A DNA stretch of 64,000 nt, from positions 69,063 through 133,062 of the forward strand of contig NW_021832282.1 of assembly GCF_006345805.1 (NCBI RefSeq). The letters run 5' to 3'. Under the pieces are notes generated by a model. That model was not told the DNA's origin, did not search any database, and worked only from the letters and a program-made list of their open reading frames with translations. The first letter of the stretch is position 1; each line of letters opens with the position of its first letter. Shown here in pieces: positions 29,736-41,839 of this stretch. The translations under genes were made by a program, and so were the position numbers. This DNA is from Octopus sinensis (taxonomy: Eukaryota).

Positions 29736-30115
29736 GCAATGGCCCAGTGGTTAGGGCAGTTGACTCGCGGTCGTAGGATTGCGGTTTCGATTCCCAGACC
29801 GGGCGTTGTGAGTGTTTATTGAGCGAAAACACCTAAAAAGCTCCACGAGGCTCCGGCAGGGATGGTGGTGATCCCTGCTGTACTCTTTCACCACAACTTT
29901 CTCTCACTCTTACTACCTGTTTCTGTTGTACCTGTATTTCAAGGGGCCGGCCTTGTCACTCTCTGTGTCACGCTGAATATCCCCCGAGAACTACGTTAAG
30001 GGTGCACGTGTCTGTGGAGTTGCTCAGCCACTTACACATTAATTTCACGAGCAGGCTGTTCCGTTGATTCGGATCAACCGGAACCCTCGTCGTCGTAACC
30101 GACGGAGTGCTTCCA
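29736..30115 (+). mobile_element. tRNA-derived SINE family C variant
   Basis: A box TGGCCCAGTGG, B-box-like GGTTTCGATTCC, then ACACCTAAAAAGCTCCACGAGGCTCCGGCA shared with 41174-41839 and 63335-64000, but with a different 3' tail. Confidence 0.8.
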
Positions 30116-30135
30116 TCTCCTATGTACAGGGGGTA

Positions 30136-30345
30136 TACTCTTTTACTTGTTTCAGTCATTTGACTGTGGCCATGCTGGGGCACTGCCTTTAGTTGATCAA
30201 ATCGACCCCAGAACTTATTCTTTGTAAGCCCAGTACTTATTCTATCGGTCTCTTGCTGAACTGCTAAGTTACAGGGACGTAAACACACCAGCATCGGTTG
30301 TCAAGTGATGTTGGGGGTACAAACACAGACACACAAATACATGCA
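30136..30345 (-). mobile_element. SINE family A tail fragment
   Basis: Homologous to the 3' half of 49240-49710. Confidence 0.8.
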
Positions 30346-30380
30346 TACATATATATATATACATAAATATATATACATAA

Positions 30381-30441
<61 letters not shown>

Positions 30442-30456
30442 AATATATATACATAA

Positions 30457-30500
<44 letters not shown>
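30345..30500. repeat. (TA)n microsatellite
   Basis: Seen directly. Confidence 0.95.
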
Positions 30501-30504
<4 letters not shown>

Positions 30505-30896
30505 GATGACGTTTTTCTTCAGTGGTCAAACTTGTCGTTCTGCTTGGCTGGTTTCCTAAACAGGATACAGTTGGGGGTCTTTTCCTTATATTCGTTGAAG
30601 CTTGGCTTTGATTGGTTTGGAATTATATGACGTCAGTGAACGGTGCCAGAGACCACGGCTACTACTGCTTTCACAGCCACAGCTTAACTGATATAAACCC
30701 AACCATCACAAGTTTACCAAAACTACGCTAACAGTCGACGACCAAGAATCACTACTGTTGCTCCCATTGGAACACAAGGTAAAAATCTATAATGAACTCC
30801 TGCACTACACTCGACAAAACAGTAAGGAACGACTATGGATTTTTTCTATTATACTCTTTATAATATATTTGATAAGGTTCGCCTTTTTAAGAACAT

Positions 30897-31602
30897 GGAC
30901 TCTATTGAATGTATGTAACAATTATGAACTGTTCCATTATACACTTTATGTATATAACATGGACTCTATTGAATGTAACAATTATGAACTGTTCCATTAT
31001 ACACTTTATGTATATAACATGGACTCTATTGAATGTAACAATTATGAACTGTTCCATTATACACTTTATGTATATAACATGGACTCTATTGAATGTAACA
31101 ATTATGAACTGTTCCATTATACACTTTATGTATATAACATGGACTCTATTGAATGTAACAATTATGAACTGTTCCATTATACACTTTATGTATATAACAT
31201 GGACTCTATTGAATGTAACAATTATGAACTGTTCCATTATACACTTTATGTATATAACATGGACTCTATTGAATGTAACAATTATGAACTGTTCCATTAT
31301 ACACTTTATGTATATAACATGGACTCTATTGAATGTAACAATTATGAACTGTTCCATTATACACTTTATGTATATAACATGGACTCTATTGAATGTAACA
31401 ATTATGAACTGTTCCATTATACACTTTATGTATATAACATGGACTCTATTGAATGTAACAATTATGAACTGTTCCATTATACACTTTATGTATATAACAT
31501 GGACTCTATTGAATGTAACAATTATGAACTGTTCCATTATACACTTTATGTATATAACATGGACTCTATTGAATGTAACAATTATGAACTGTTCCATTAT
31601 AC
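30897..31602. repeat. 60-bp minisatellite, about 11.7 copies, 10 consecutive units identical
   Basis: Unit GGACTCTATTGAATGTAACAATTATGAACTGTTCCATTATACACTTTATGTATATAACAT. The first unit has a 4-bp insertion. Confidence 0.98.
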
Positions 31603-31767
31603 TCTTTATTATAAAAAAATTTTTTTGATAAGGTTCGTTATTTCAAGAACCGAAACATGTAAAATTAAAATTTATCTAATATAGTGGCATTTTCAGACAT
31701 CTTTTTTTTTTATTTATATATATATATATATATTATATATATATATATACATATATATACATATATA

Positions 31768-31934
31768 ACGGGAAGCTTTATGAAAATAGACAAAAGACGA
31801 AGGCAGGTTTACGGAAATAAACAAAAGACGAAGGCAGGTGGAATACAAACAAACAATTGTATTAGTATGGCGCTCAGGAAATATAAATAAAACAAGTCTT
31901 TAACGTTTCGACCCTACGCTCTTCAACAGAAAGA
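31768..31934 (-). mobile_element. Penelope-like pLTR remnant with minimal hammerhead motif
   Basis: Minus strand reads TCTTT-CTGTTGA-AGAGCGTAGGGTC-GAAA-CGTT-AAAGA (31934 to 31897). Element class is inferred from this motif. Confidence 0.55.
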
Positions 31935-32062
31935 TACACACATATATATATACATATACATATATATATACATATACATATATATATACATATACATATA
32001 TATATACATATACATATATATATACATATACATATATATATACATATACATATATATATATA
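31935..32062. repeat. (TATACA/TA)n microsatellite
   Basis: Seen directly. Confidence 0.95.
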
Positions 32063-34039
32063 TCCGAACATGGCCGTAGTCAGTACCGCATCACTGGCCA
32101 TCGTGCTGTGGGCACATAACAAACACCATCCGGTCGTGGCCGTTCGCCAGCCTCATCTAGCACCTGTGTCGGTGGCACATAGAAACACCATCCGAAGACC
32201 CGGCAAGACTAGTCAGGCCATAAACCATGGCCCCTACTTGGGACGTAGTCAGTCCACCTGTGCATACCTTCCTCCTTGTGATACTTGTGAAGGCCTGTTG
32301 AGGCAAGTGAAAATCAAAATCAAAATCAAATCAAAACAAATCAAAATAGATGAACATCAATGGAATTTGTATCTTTGTGGTACCAGTGCCGGTGGCACAC
32401 AAGAGAAAACCATCCGAAAGTGGCCGTAGCCAGTACCGCATCGACTGGCCTCCGTGCTGTGGGCACATGACAAACACCATCCGATCGTGGTCGTTCGCCA
32501 GCCTCATCTAGCACCTGTGTCGGTGGCACATAAAAACACCATCCGAAGACCCGGCAAGACTAGTCAGGTCATAACCCATGGCCTCTACCTGGGACGTAGT
32601 CAGTCCACCTGTGCATTCCTTCCTTCTTGTGACACTTGTGAAGACCTGTTGAGGCAAGTGAAAATCAAAATCAAAACAAATCAAAATAGATGAACATCAA
32701 TGGAATCTGTATCTTTGTGGTACCAGTGCCGGTGGCACACAAGAGAACCATCCGAACGTGGCCGTAGCCAGTTCCGCATCGACCGGCCTCCGTGCTGTGG
32801 GCACGTAACAAACACCATCCGATCATGGCCGTTCGCCAGCCTCATCTGGCACCTGTGTCGGTGGCACATAAAAACACCTTCCGAAGACCCGGCAAGACTA
32901 GTCAGTCCACCTGTGCATACCTTCCTTCTTGTGACACTTGTGAAGACCGGTTGAGGCAAGTGAAAATCAAAATCAAATCAAATCAAAATAGACAAAATAG
33001 ATGAACATCAATGGAATTTGTATCTTGTAGTACCAGTGCCTGTGGCACACAAGAAATCCATCAGTGCGGTGGGCACATGACAAACACCATCCGATCGTGG
33101 CCGTTCGCCAGCCTCATCTAGCACCTGTGTCGGTGGCACATAAAAACACCATCCGAAGACCCGGCAAGACTAGTCAGGTCATAACCCATGGCCCCTACCT
33201 GGGACGTAGTCAGTCCACCTGTGCATACCTTCCTTCTTGTGACACTTGTGAAGACCTGTTGAGGCAAGTGAAAATCAAAACAAATCAAAATAGATGAACA
33301 TCAATGGAATTTGGATCTTTGTGGTACCAGTGCCGGTGGCACGTGGCACACAAGAAAACCATCCGAACGTGGCCGTAGCCAGTACCGCATCGACTGGCCT
33401 CCGTGCTGTGGGCACGTAACAAGCACCATCCGATCGTGGCCGTTTGCCAGCCTCATCTGGCACCTGTGTCGGTGGCACATAAAAAACACCATCCGAGCGT
33501 GGCCGTCTGCCAGCCTCGTCTGGCACCTGTGTCGGTGGCACATAAAAAACACCATCCAAGCGTGGCCGTTTGCCAGCCTCGTCTGGCACCTGTGTCGGTG
33601 GCACATAAAAAACACCATCCGAGCATGGCCGTCTGCCAGCCTCGTCTGGCACCTGTGTCGGTGGCACATAAAAAACACCATCCGAGCGTGGCCGTCTGCC
33701 AGCCTCATCTGGCACCTGTGTCGGTGGCACATAAAAAACACCATCCGAGCGTGGCCGTCTGCCAGCCTCATCTGGCACCTGTGTCGGTGGCACATAAAAA
33801 ACACCATCCCAGCGTGGCCGTTTGCCAGCCTCGTCTGGCACCTGTGTCGGTGGCACATAAAATCACCCACTACACTCTCGGAGTGGTTGGCGTTAGGAAG
33901 GGCATCCAGCTGTAGAAACACTGCCAGATCTGACTGGACTGGTGCAGCTTTCGGGCTCCCCAGACCCCAGTTGAACCGTCCAACCCATGCTAGCATGGAA
34001 AGCGGACGTTAAATGATGATGATGATGATGATGATGATG
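32063..34039 (+). mobile_element. RTE-clade LINE 3'UTR, internally multimerised (four 300-350-bp units, seven 63-bp units, then terminus with (GAT)n tail)
   Basis: Homologous to the 3'UTR that follows the RTE ORF2 stop at about 57080-57695. Terminal ...GGAAAGCGGACGTTAAATGATGATGAT. Confidence 0.85.
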
Positions 34040-34360
34040 AAACCGAGCAAAAATGCATTAAAAATGCAGAAAAATGATCGTAATTTTTTTTTAAATCGTA
34101 GACACATTGTAGACATTTTTAGAGAGTTACTTCCCTTTAAAAAAATATGCATGAAAATGGAAAAAAATGATGGTAAATTATTTTTTAAATCGTAGACTCA
34201 TTGTGGACACGTGCTAATACCCAGAAGGGCTTGATATGAATCACGACTATAAGATACCCGCTTTTGGCTAAAGTGCACCGCAAAATGTGGGAGTAGTTAG
34301 GAATCTAAATCGGAGTAGACAGACACTCATACACACAACTTCAGTTTTATATATAAAGAT
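34040..34360 (-). mobile_element. Possible non-autonomous Helitron-like 5' end
   Basis: Minus strand begins ATCTTTATATATAAAACTGAAGTTGTGTGTATGAGTGTCTGTC, resembling TC-TATATATAAAA plus (GT)n Helitron ends. No 3' hairpin identified. Confidence 0.35.
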
Positions 34361-34374
34361 ATGTTTATATATAT

Positions 34375-34603
34375 ATTTCTTTACTACCCACAAGGGGCTA
34401 AACACCGAGGGGACAACAAGGACAGACAAAGGGATTAAGTCGACTACATCGACCCCAGTGCGTAACTGGTACTTAATTTATCGACCCCGAAAGGATGAAA
34501 GGCAAAGTCGACCTCGGCGGAATTTGAACTCGGAACGTAACGACAGACGAAATACGGCTACGAATTTCGCCCGTTGTGCTAACGTTTCTGCCAGCTCGCC
34601 GCC
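34375..34603 (-). mobile_element. tRNA-derived SINE family B
   Basis: Reverse complement of the family at 55423 and 58742 (GGCGGCGAGCTGGCAGA head; GTCGACTTTGCCTTTCATCCTTTCGGGGTCGAT core). Confidence 0.85.
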
Positions 34604-34639
34604 TTTTATATGTTTATATATATGGTGTATAAGAGAGCC

Positions 34640-34955
34640 ATTTGCGTTGGTATGGTCATGTACTACGGATGGATGAGGAGAGATGTGTAAAGAAGTGCCA
34701 CTCCCAAACAGTGAAAGGAATCTGGGGTAGAGGAAGTCTCAGGAAGACATGGGATGAGGTGGTCAAGCATGACCTTCGAATATTGGGCCTCACAGAGGAA
34801 ATGACGAAGACCGAGACCTCTGGAGGTATGCTGTGACTGAGAAGACCCCGCAAGTATTGAGTTCAAAGCTGTAACCTACACCAGTGTTGCATAACCAACC
34901 CACTCAAAAAGTACCTTCGATTATAGGGCAACATGCTGTGCTTGAGAAGACCTAT
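34640..34955 (+). pseudogene. RTE LINE ORF2 C-terminal remnant
   Basis: RWYGHVLRMDEERCVKK...GRGSLRKTWDEVVKHDL matches the RTE C-terminal motif RWxGHVxRM...GRPRxTW. Frameshifted near the end. Confidence 0.85.
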
Positions 34956-35831
34956 ATGTGTCTATATATATGTGTATGCATATATATATGTGTATGTTAT
35001 GTTTATATATATGTATGCATAAACATTATATATATATATATGCATATATAATATATATATACATATATATATATAATAGAAATATTAAAATTACTAAGTC
35101 TCTATAAGAATGCCATATTAATATGGCGATAACAATATATATATATATTATATACATACATATAATTACATATATATTAAATATATATATATTACATATA
35201 TATAAACATATACATATATATATACATATATATATTATATATATACATATATATATACATATATATATAACATATATATAAACATATACATAATATATAT
35301 ACATATACATATATATATTATATATATATATATACATATTATATATATACATATAATATATACATATATATATATATATACATATATATATACATATATA
35401 TATATCATATACATATATATATACATATATATATATACATACATGTATATACATACATTATATATATACATATATATATAATACAACATATATATATACA
35501 TACAATATATATATACATACATATATATATACATACATATATATATACATACATATATATATACATAATATATATATACATACATACATATATATATACA
35601 TACATATATAATACATACATAATATATACATACATATATATACATACATACTATATATATAATACATATATATACATACATACATATTATATAACATACA
35701 TATATATATAAATAATATATACATACATACATACATATATATATACATACATACATATATATATATAGATACATATATATATATAGATACATATATATAT
35801 ATAGATACATATATATATATAGATACATATA

Positions 35832-35885
<54 letters not shown>

Positions 35886-35890
35886 TATAC
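34955..35890. repeat. Compound (TA)n/(TACA)n low-complexity tract, about 0.9 kb
   Basis: Seen directly. Confidence 0.97.
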
Positions 35891-36306
35891 TAGCTGGTGT
35901 GCCTGGTAATTCCTGGGGGTAAAGATGTTCTATTGAAATGCCTTATTACTCTGCTACAAGAAAGCAATTTCGTTATAACTGCCACAAAAGATGAATTTTT
36001 TGTCATGGAAAAGTCAAAAAAACTGTCTGCTGGAGGAGTCAGAGATTGTTGGAGGTCGGCGAAAGGCAAAGACATTATTCTGCTTAGTGAAGGCATCTGG
36101 GTAATGTATAACTGCTGTCATTCATAGAAAAACTGTTGAGATTCTCCCTGGGGGTGCTGAGCACCCTCGTGGCTACGTGCCTGATTCTGCATGCTAAATC
36201 TTCGTTACTATGGCAACAGTCCGAATACTTATTGATCTGACCTTGTATGTATGTATATACGTTTAGCAATGCAAAAAAAGAAAACCGAACTCAAAACAAG
36301 ATTGTA

Positions 36307-38103
36307 TACTCTTTTACTTGTTTCAGTCATTTGACTGCGGCCATGCTGGAGCACCGCCTTTAGTCGAGCAAATCGACCCCGGGACTTATTCTTTTTGTAA
36401 GCCCAGTACTTATTCTATCGGTCTCTTTTTGCCGAACTACTAAGTTTACTCTTTTACTTGTTTCAGTCATTTGACTGCGGCCATGCTGGAGCACCGCCTT
36501 TAGTCGAGCAAATCGACCCCGGGACTTATTCTTTTTGTAAGCCCAGTACTTATTCTATCAGTCTCTTTTGCCAAACCGCTAAGTTTACTCTTTTACTTGT
36601 TTCAGTCCTTTGACTGTCGCCATGCTGGAGCACCGCCTTTAGTCGAGCAAATCGACCCCGGGACTTATTCTTTTTGTAAGCCCAGTACTATTCTATTGGT
36701 CTGTTTTGCCGAACCACTAAGTTTACTCTTTTACTTGTTTCAGTCATTTGACTGCGGCCATGCTGGAGCACCGCCTTTAGTCGAGCAAATCGACCCCGGG
36801 ACTTATTCTTTTGTAAGCCCAGTACTTATTCTATCGGTCTCTTTTTGCCGAACTACTAAGTTTACTCTTTTACTTGTTTCAGTCATTTGACTGCGGCCAT
36901 GCTGGAGCACCGCCTTTAGTCGAGCAAATCGACCCCGGGACTTATTCTTTTTGTAAGCCCAGTACTTATTCTATTGGTCTGTTTTGCCGAACCACTAAGT
37001 TTACTCTTTTACTTGTTTCAGTCATTTGACTGCGGCCATGCTGGAGCACCGCCTTTAGTCGAGCAAATCGACCCCGGGACTTATTCTTTTTGTAAGCCCA
37101 GTACTTATTCTATTGGTCTGTTTTGCCGAACCACTAAGTTTACTCTTTTACTTGTTTCAGTCATTGACTGCGGCCATGCTGGAGCACCGCCTTAGTCGAG
37201 CAAATCGACCCCGGGACTTATTCTTTTTGTAAGCCCAGTACTTATTCTATTGGTCTGTTTTGCCGAACCACTAAGTTTACTCTTTTACTTGTTTCAGTCA
37301 TTTGACTGCGGCCATGCTGGAGCACCGCCTTTAGTCGAGCAAATCGACCCGGGACTTATTCTTTTTGTAAGCCCAGTACTTATTCTTGGTCTGTTTTGCC
37401 GAACCACTAAGTTTACTCTTTTACTTGTTTCAGTCATTTGACTGCGGCCATGCTGGAGCACCGCCTTTAGTCGAGCAAATCGACCCGGGACTTATTCTTT
37501 TTGTAAGCCCAGTACTTATTCTATTGGTCTGTTTTGCCGAACCACTAAGTTTACTCTTTTACTTGTTTCAGTCATTTGACTGCGGCCATGCTGGAGCACC
37601 GCTTTAGTCGAGCAAATCGACCCCGGGACTTATTTTTTGTAAGCCAGTACTTATTCTATTGGTCTGTTTTGCCGAACCACTAAGTTTACTCTTTTATTCA
37701 TTGTTTCATTCAGTCTTGACTGCGGCCATGCTGGAGCACCGCCTTTAGTCGAGCAAATCGACCCCGGGACTTATTCTTTTTGTAAGCCCAGTACTTATTC
37801 TATTGGTCTGTTTTGCCGAACCACTAAGTTTACTCTTTTACTTGTTTCAGTCATTTGACTGCGGCCATGCTGGAGCACCGCCTTTAGTCGAGCAAATCGA
37901 CCCCGGGACTTATTCTTTTTGTAAGCCCAGTACTTATTCTATTGTCTGTTTGCCGAACCACTAAGTTTACTCTTTTACTTGTTTCAGTCATTTGACTGCG
38001 GCCATGCTGGAGCACCGCCTTTAGTCGAGCAAATCGACCCCGGGACTTATTCTTTTTGTAAGCCCAGTACTTATTCTATTGGTCTCTTTTTGCCGAACCA
38101 CTA
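36307..38103 (-). repeat. Tandem array of 13 SINE-A tail modules (about 139 bp each)
   Basis: Unit starts at about 36307, 36447, 36586, 36724, 36863, 37002, 37141, 37278, 37414, 37552, 37688, 37831 and 37968. The last unit continues into the SINE body. Confidence 0.95.
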
Positions 38104-38748
38104 AGTGACGGGGACGTAAGCACACCAGCATCGGTTGTCAAGCAATGCTAGGGGGGACAAACACACGCATATATATATATATATGGGCACGTAACAAACA
38201 CCATCCGATCGTGGCCGTTCGCCAGCCTCATCTGGCACCTGTGTCGGTGGCACATAAAAACACCATCCGAGCGTGGCCGTCTGCCAGCCTCGTCTGGCAC
38301 CTGTGTCGGTGGCACATAAAAAACACCATCCGAGCGTGGCCGTTCGCCAGCCTCGTCTGGCACCTGTGTCGGTGGCACATAAAATCACCCACTACACTCT
38401 CGGAGTGGTTGGCATTAGGAAGGGCATCCAGCTGTAGAAACACTGCCAGATCTGACTGGCCTGGTGCAGCCTTCGGGCTCCCCAGACCCCAGTTGAACCG
38501 TCCAACCCATGCTAGCATGGAAAACGGACGCTAAATGAATGATGATGATGATGATGATGATGATATATATATATATACATATATACGACAGGCTTCTTTC
38601 AGTTTCCGTCTACCAAATCCACTCACAAGGCATTGGTCGGCCCGGGGCTATAGCAGAAGACACTTGCCCAAGATGCCACGCAGTGGGACTGAACCCGGAA
38701 CCATGTGGTTGGTTAGCAAGCTACTTACCACACAACCACTCCTGCGCC
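38104..38748 (-). mobile_element. SINE-A body and head, interrupted in its (TA)n by an RTE 3'UTR
   Basis: Minus-strand head GGCGCAGGAGTGGTTGTGTGG...GGTTCAGTCCC ends at about 38748. The middle resumes at 38104-38185. Confidence 0.85.
38186..38562 (+). mobile_element. 5'-truncated RTE 3'UTR (three 63-bp units, (GAT)n tail)
   Basis: Same terminus as 33860-34039, flanked on both sides by (TA)n. Confidence 0.85.
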
Positions 38749-38926
38749 TATTATATGTGTATTTATTAAAATTTAGCAGAAGTAACAGAATGACCAAAGG
38801 GTCAAGAGTTCTTTGTGTTGGCACTCACCTATAAAAACTAGTTACAAATGAAGGGACCACAAATTCATATACTAGTGATAATGGTATTTTCCTGGATAGT
38901 TCTGGAACAAACTGTAAGAGCAATTA

Positions 38927-38975
38927 CCGTAAATCCTCGAGTATAATCCGCATTTTTTCCCCAAAATTTAAAGGT
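38927..38975 (+). mobile_element. Orphan left end of the pogo/Tigger-like element
   Basis: TA|CCGTAAATCCTCGAGTATAATCCGCATTTTTTCCCCAAAATTTAAAGG, same as the 39687 end. Confidence 0.7.
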
Positions 38976-39032
38976 TTTGAAAAGACACAAACTAACACAC
39001 TCTTAACCCTTTGCCTTAAACACCCACGCTTG

Positions 39033-39515
39033 GGATCTTTTCGGTTTGAACGGCAGTTTTTTCTAGCGGTGTCATATGAAATTGTCACTCATAATTATGA
39101 CCCTAGTATCAATCTATTGCATTTCAATCTGTTTTAGGGTTAGAGTTAGGGTTGGGGGGAAGGGTATCTTTTTTTCTTCAGAAATGTAAATAAACCCAAT
39201 CTGTTTCTTAAACGAGGGACATTTTCATGCGGCACAGAATGTTTTTTAGCTCAATAGACGTCATTGATTGGTTGAAATTGTCACCCATCGTTATGACCCT
39301 AGTATTGATCTATTGCATTTCTATCTGTTTTAGGGTTAGGGGTCGGGGTAAGGGTATCTTTTTTTCTTCACAAATCTAAATAAACCCAATCTGTTTCTTA
39401 AACGAGGGACATTTTCATACGACACAGAATATTTTCACCTGAATAGACGTCATTGATTGGTTGAAATTGTCACCCATCGTTATGACCCTAGTATCGATCT
39501 ATTGCATTTCAATCT
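39033..39515 (+). mobile_element. Family M element, left part, with about 195-bp internal module in 2.3 copies
   Basis: Starts GGATCTTTTCGGTTTGAACGGCAG. TTGTCAC(C/T)CAT...ATGACCCTAGTA recurs at about 39080, 39278 and 39468. Confidence 0.8.
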
Positions 39516-39686
39516 AGTGCATACTATATATGAGGGCAAGTAGCCTGCAGTCTTATCCACTACACTATATGTATCTCATATATATAGAATACTGCATTGT
39601 CTTTGTTTCAATAATTTTATGTAATAAAGAAAACTTTAGTAAAATAACCTGATCATTACTAAGCCAGTGTTAGGAACACCAGTTTA

Positions 39687-40931
39687 CCATAAATCTTCGA
39701 GTATAATCCGCATTTTTCCCCCAAAATTTAAAGGTCAAAATCCCTAGTTCGTACTATATACGAGGTTAAAAATGAAAAATATTTTCTAAGCAATGTCCGA
39801 GTCTCTATTTGCTGTCCGGCAATGTTTATTCAGACGCATTTTGTGATGTCGGGAGTGAAAATACCTTAAGCTAAGCCTGAAAGCAATGAAGTCATAAAAG
39901 AATCATCCATAACTTGCAGTAAGCAACATTTATTAAACATTATTACTGTTATTTCTTTATTTTCTGTAAACAAAATGCACAAAAAAGCTACACGTTTGCA
40001 TTATGTTATACATGCAATAATAAATAAAGGACATTACCGTATACATTTTTACAAACTAAGGACGTTATATAGACCTCCGTGACTCAAGTTAGAGAAGGGG
40101 TGTGTATTATACACATGGTTTAGGTTTTTTAGAGGTACAGCCCCTTAAAAATACCTTAAGCTAAACCTGAAAGCAATGAAGTCATAAAAGAATCATCCAT
40201 AACTTGCAATAAGCAACATTTATTAAAATAAAAGTATTCAGAAATAAATGAAAGTGAATCTTCTGATATTGACTATGAATCTGACAATGCCAGAGATTTA
40301 CATTACAATGATGCTGACATATTTCCGGAGGAACAAACGGAACAGTTATTTGATGCTGAAAGTGATGTTGAATTTGAAGGATTTAAATAAATGTTTTTGC
40401 TTTTGCGACTGATAGTGATAAATATGTATAGGCAATTTACTTAATATTTATTTTTCACTGGCGTTATTACTGTTATTTCTTTATTTTCTGCAAACAAAAT
40501 GCACAAAAAAGCTACACATTTGCATTATGTTATATATACAATAATAATAAAGGACATTACCGTATACAGTTTTACAAACCAAGGACGTTATATAGACCTC
40601 CTTGACTAAAGCGAGAGAAGGGGTGTGTATTATACACAAGGTTTAGGCTTTTCAGAGGTACAGCCCCCTAAAAATCTTTATTAAACGTTATTACTGTTAT
40701 TTCTTTATTTTCTGAAAACAAAATGAACAAAAAAGCTAAACGTTTGCATTATGTTATATATATACAATAATAATAAAGGACGTTACCATATACAGTTTTA
40801 CAAACCAAGGACGTTATATAGATCTCCTTGACCCAAGTTAGAGAAGGGGTGCGTATTATACACAAGGTTTAGGTTTTTCAGAGGTACAGCTCCCTAAAAA
40901 TCCCCTGCGTATTATACTCAAAGATTTACGG
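39687..40931 (+). mobile_element. pogo/Tigger-like non-autonomous DNA transposon
   Basis: TA|CCATAAATCTTCGAGTATAATCCGCA ... TGCGTATTATACTCAAAGATTTACGG|TA. Retains an acidic C-terminal coding remnant at 40241-40390 (EINESESSDIDYESD...DAESDVEFEGFK*). An internal about 210-bp segment occurs three times. Confidence 0.8.
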
Positions 40932-41173
40932 TACATCACATGCATAAATCGTATTTTTCCAATAGTGTTTCGATTACACTGTTCAATAAATAAAGAAACT
41001 TCATGCATACTTTCAATAAAAATACCAATATTGATCAAATTACTGGCAATATCAAAGAGGAAAATAAGGATATAAGAAAAATATGGTAGCACACTTATTG
41101 AATTGTGAATATCAAAAAATGAATTTAGGCATTGAAAAAAATTGCTGTTTTGTATGTAAACACACGTGCTTTT

Positions 41174-41839
41174 GTTGTGTTTGTTCCTTCTCGAGCCATG
41201 TCTGGCTCATAAGGGCCGGTTTCCCGGTTTCCTTGGCATATAGGTTCCCCACCTGAACGGGATGCCGGTCCGTCACAGGTGAGCAGCAAGATGCAGGAAG
41301 AAAGAGTGAGAGAAGTTGAGAAAGTTGTGGCAGAAGTTTCGCTATTACCTTCTGCCGGAGCCGCGTGGAGCTTAGGTGTTTCGCTCATAAACACACACAT
41401 TGTCCGGTCTGAGATTCGAACCCGCGATACCTCGACCGCGAGTCCGCTGCTCTAACCACTAGGCCATGTGCCTCCACATGTGGCCTAGTTATTAGGCTGT
41501 TGCACTTACAATTGGTAGATTGTGGATTCAATTCTCTTGTTTGTTCCTTCTTGAGCCATGCCTGGCTCATAAGGGCCAGTTTCCTGGTTTCCTTGGCGTA
41601 TAGGTTCCCCACCTGGATGGGACGCCGGTCCATCACAGGTGAGCTGCAAGATGCAGGAGGAAAGAGTGAGAGAAAGTTGTGGCGAAAGAGTCAGCAGAAG
41701 TTTCGCCATTACCTTCTGCCAGAGCCGCGAGGAGCTTAGGTGTTTCGCTCATAAACACACACATCGTCCGGTCTGAGATTCGAGCCCACGATCCCTCGAC
41801 CGCAAGCCCGATGCTCTAACCACTAGGCCATGTGCCTCC
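41174..41839 (-). mobile_element. SINE-C dimer flanked by a 14-bp TSD
   Basis: Two SINE-C copies (about 41175-41478 and 41530-41839). ACACACGTGCTTTT occurs at 41160-41173 and 41840-41853. Confidence 0.8.

Noticed and set aside
1-31602. CRISPR-like appearance of the 75-bp and 60-bp arrays
   Set aside because: No unique spacers, no cas genes, and a eukaryotic context.
30758-31684. 308-aa ORF with CNNYELFHYTLYVYNMDSIE repeats
   Set aside because: Three frames are open because the unit is 60 bp. There is no domain similarity or gene structure. Kept only as a repeat finding.
33275-34012. Overlapping ORFs with 21-aa repeats (PPTQVPDEAG..., HKKHHPSVAV...)
   Set aside because: Translations of the 63-bp RTE 3'UTR unit, downstream of the ORF2 stop.
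35026-35878. Tyr/Ile/Met-rich ORFs
   Set aside because: Translations of (TA)n/(TACA)n.
35890-36240. Unique-looking segment with 68-76-aa ORFs on both strands
   Set aside because: No recognisable motif or splice structure. It needs a BLASTx search.
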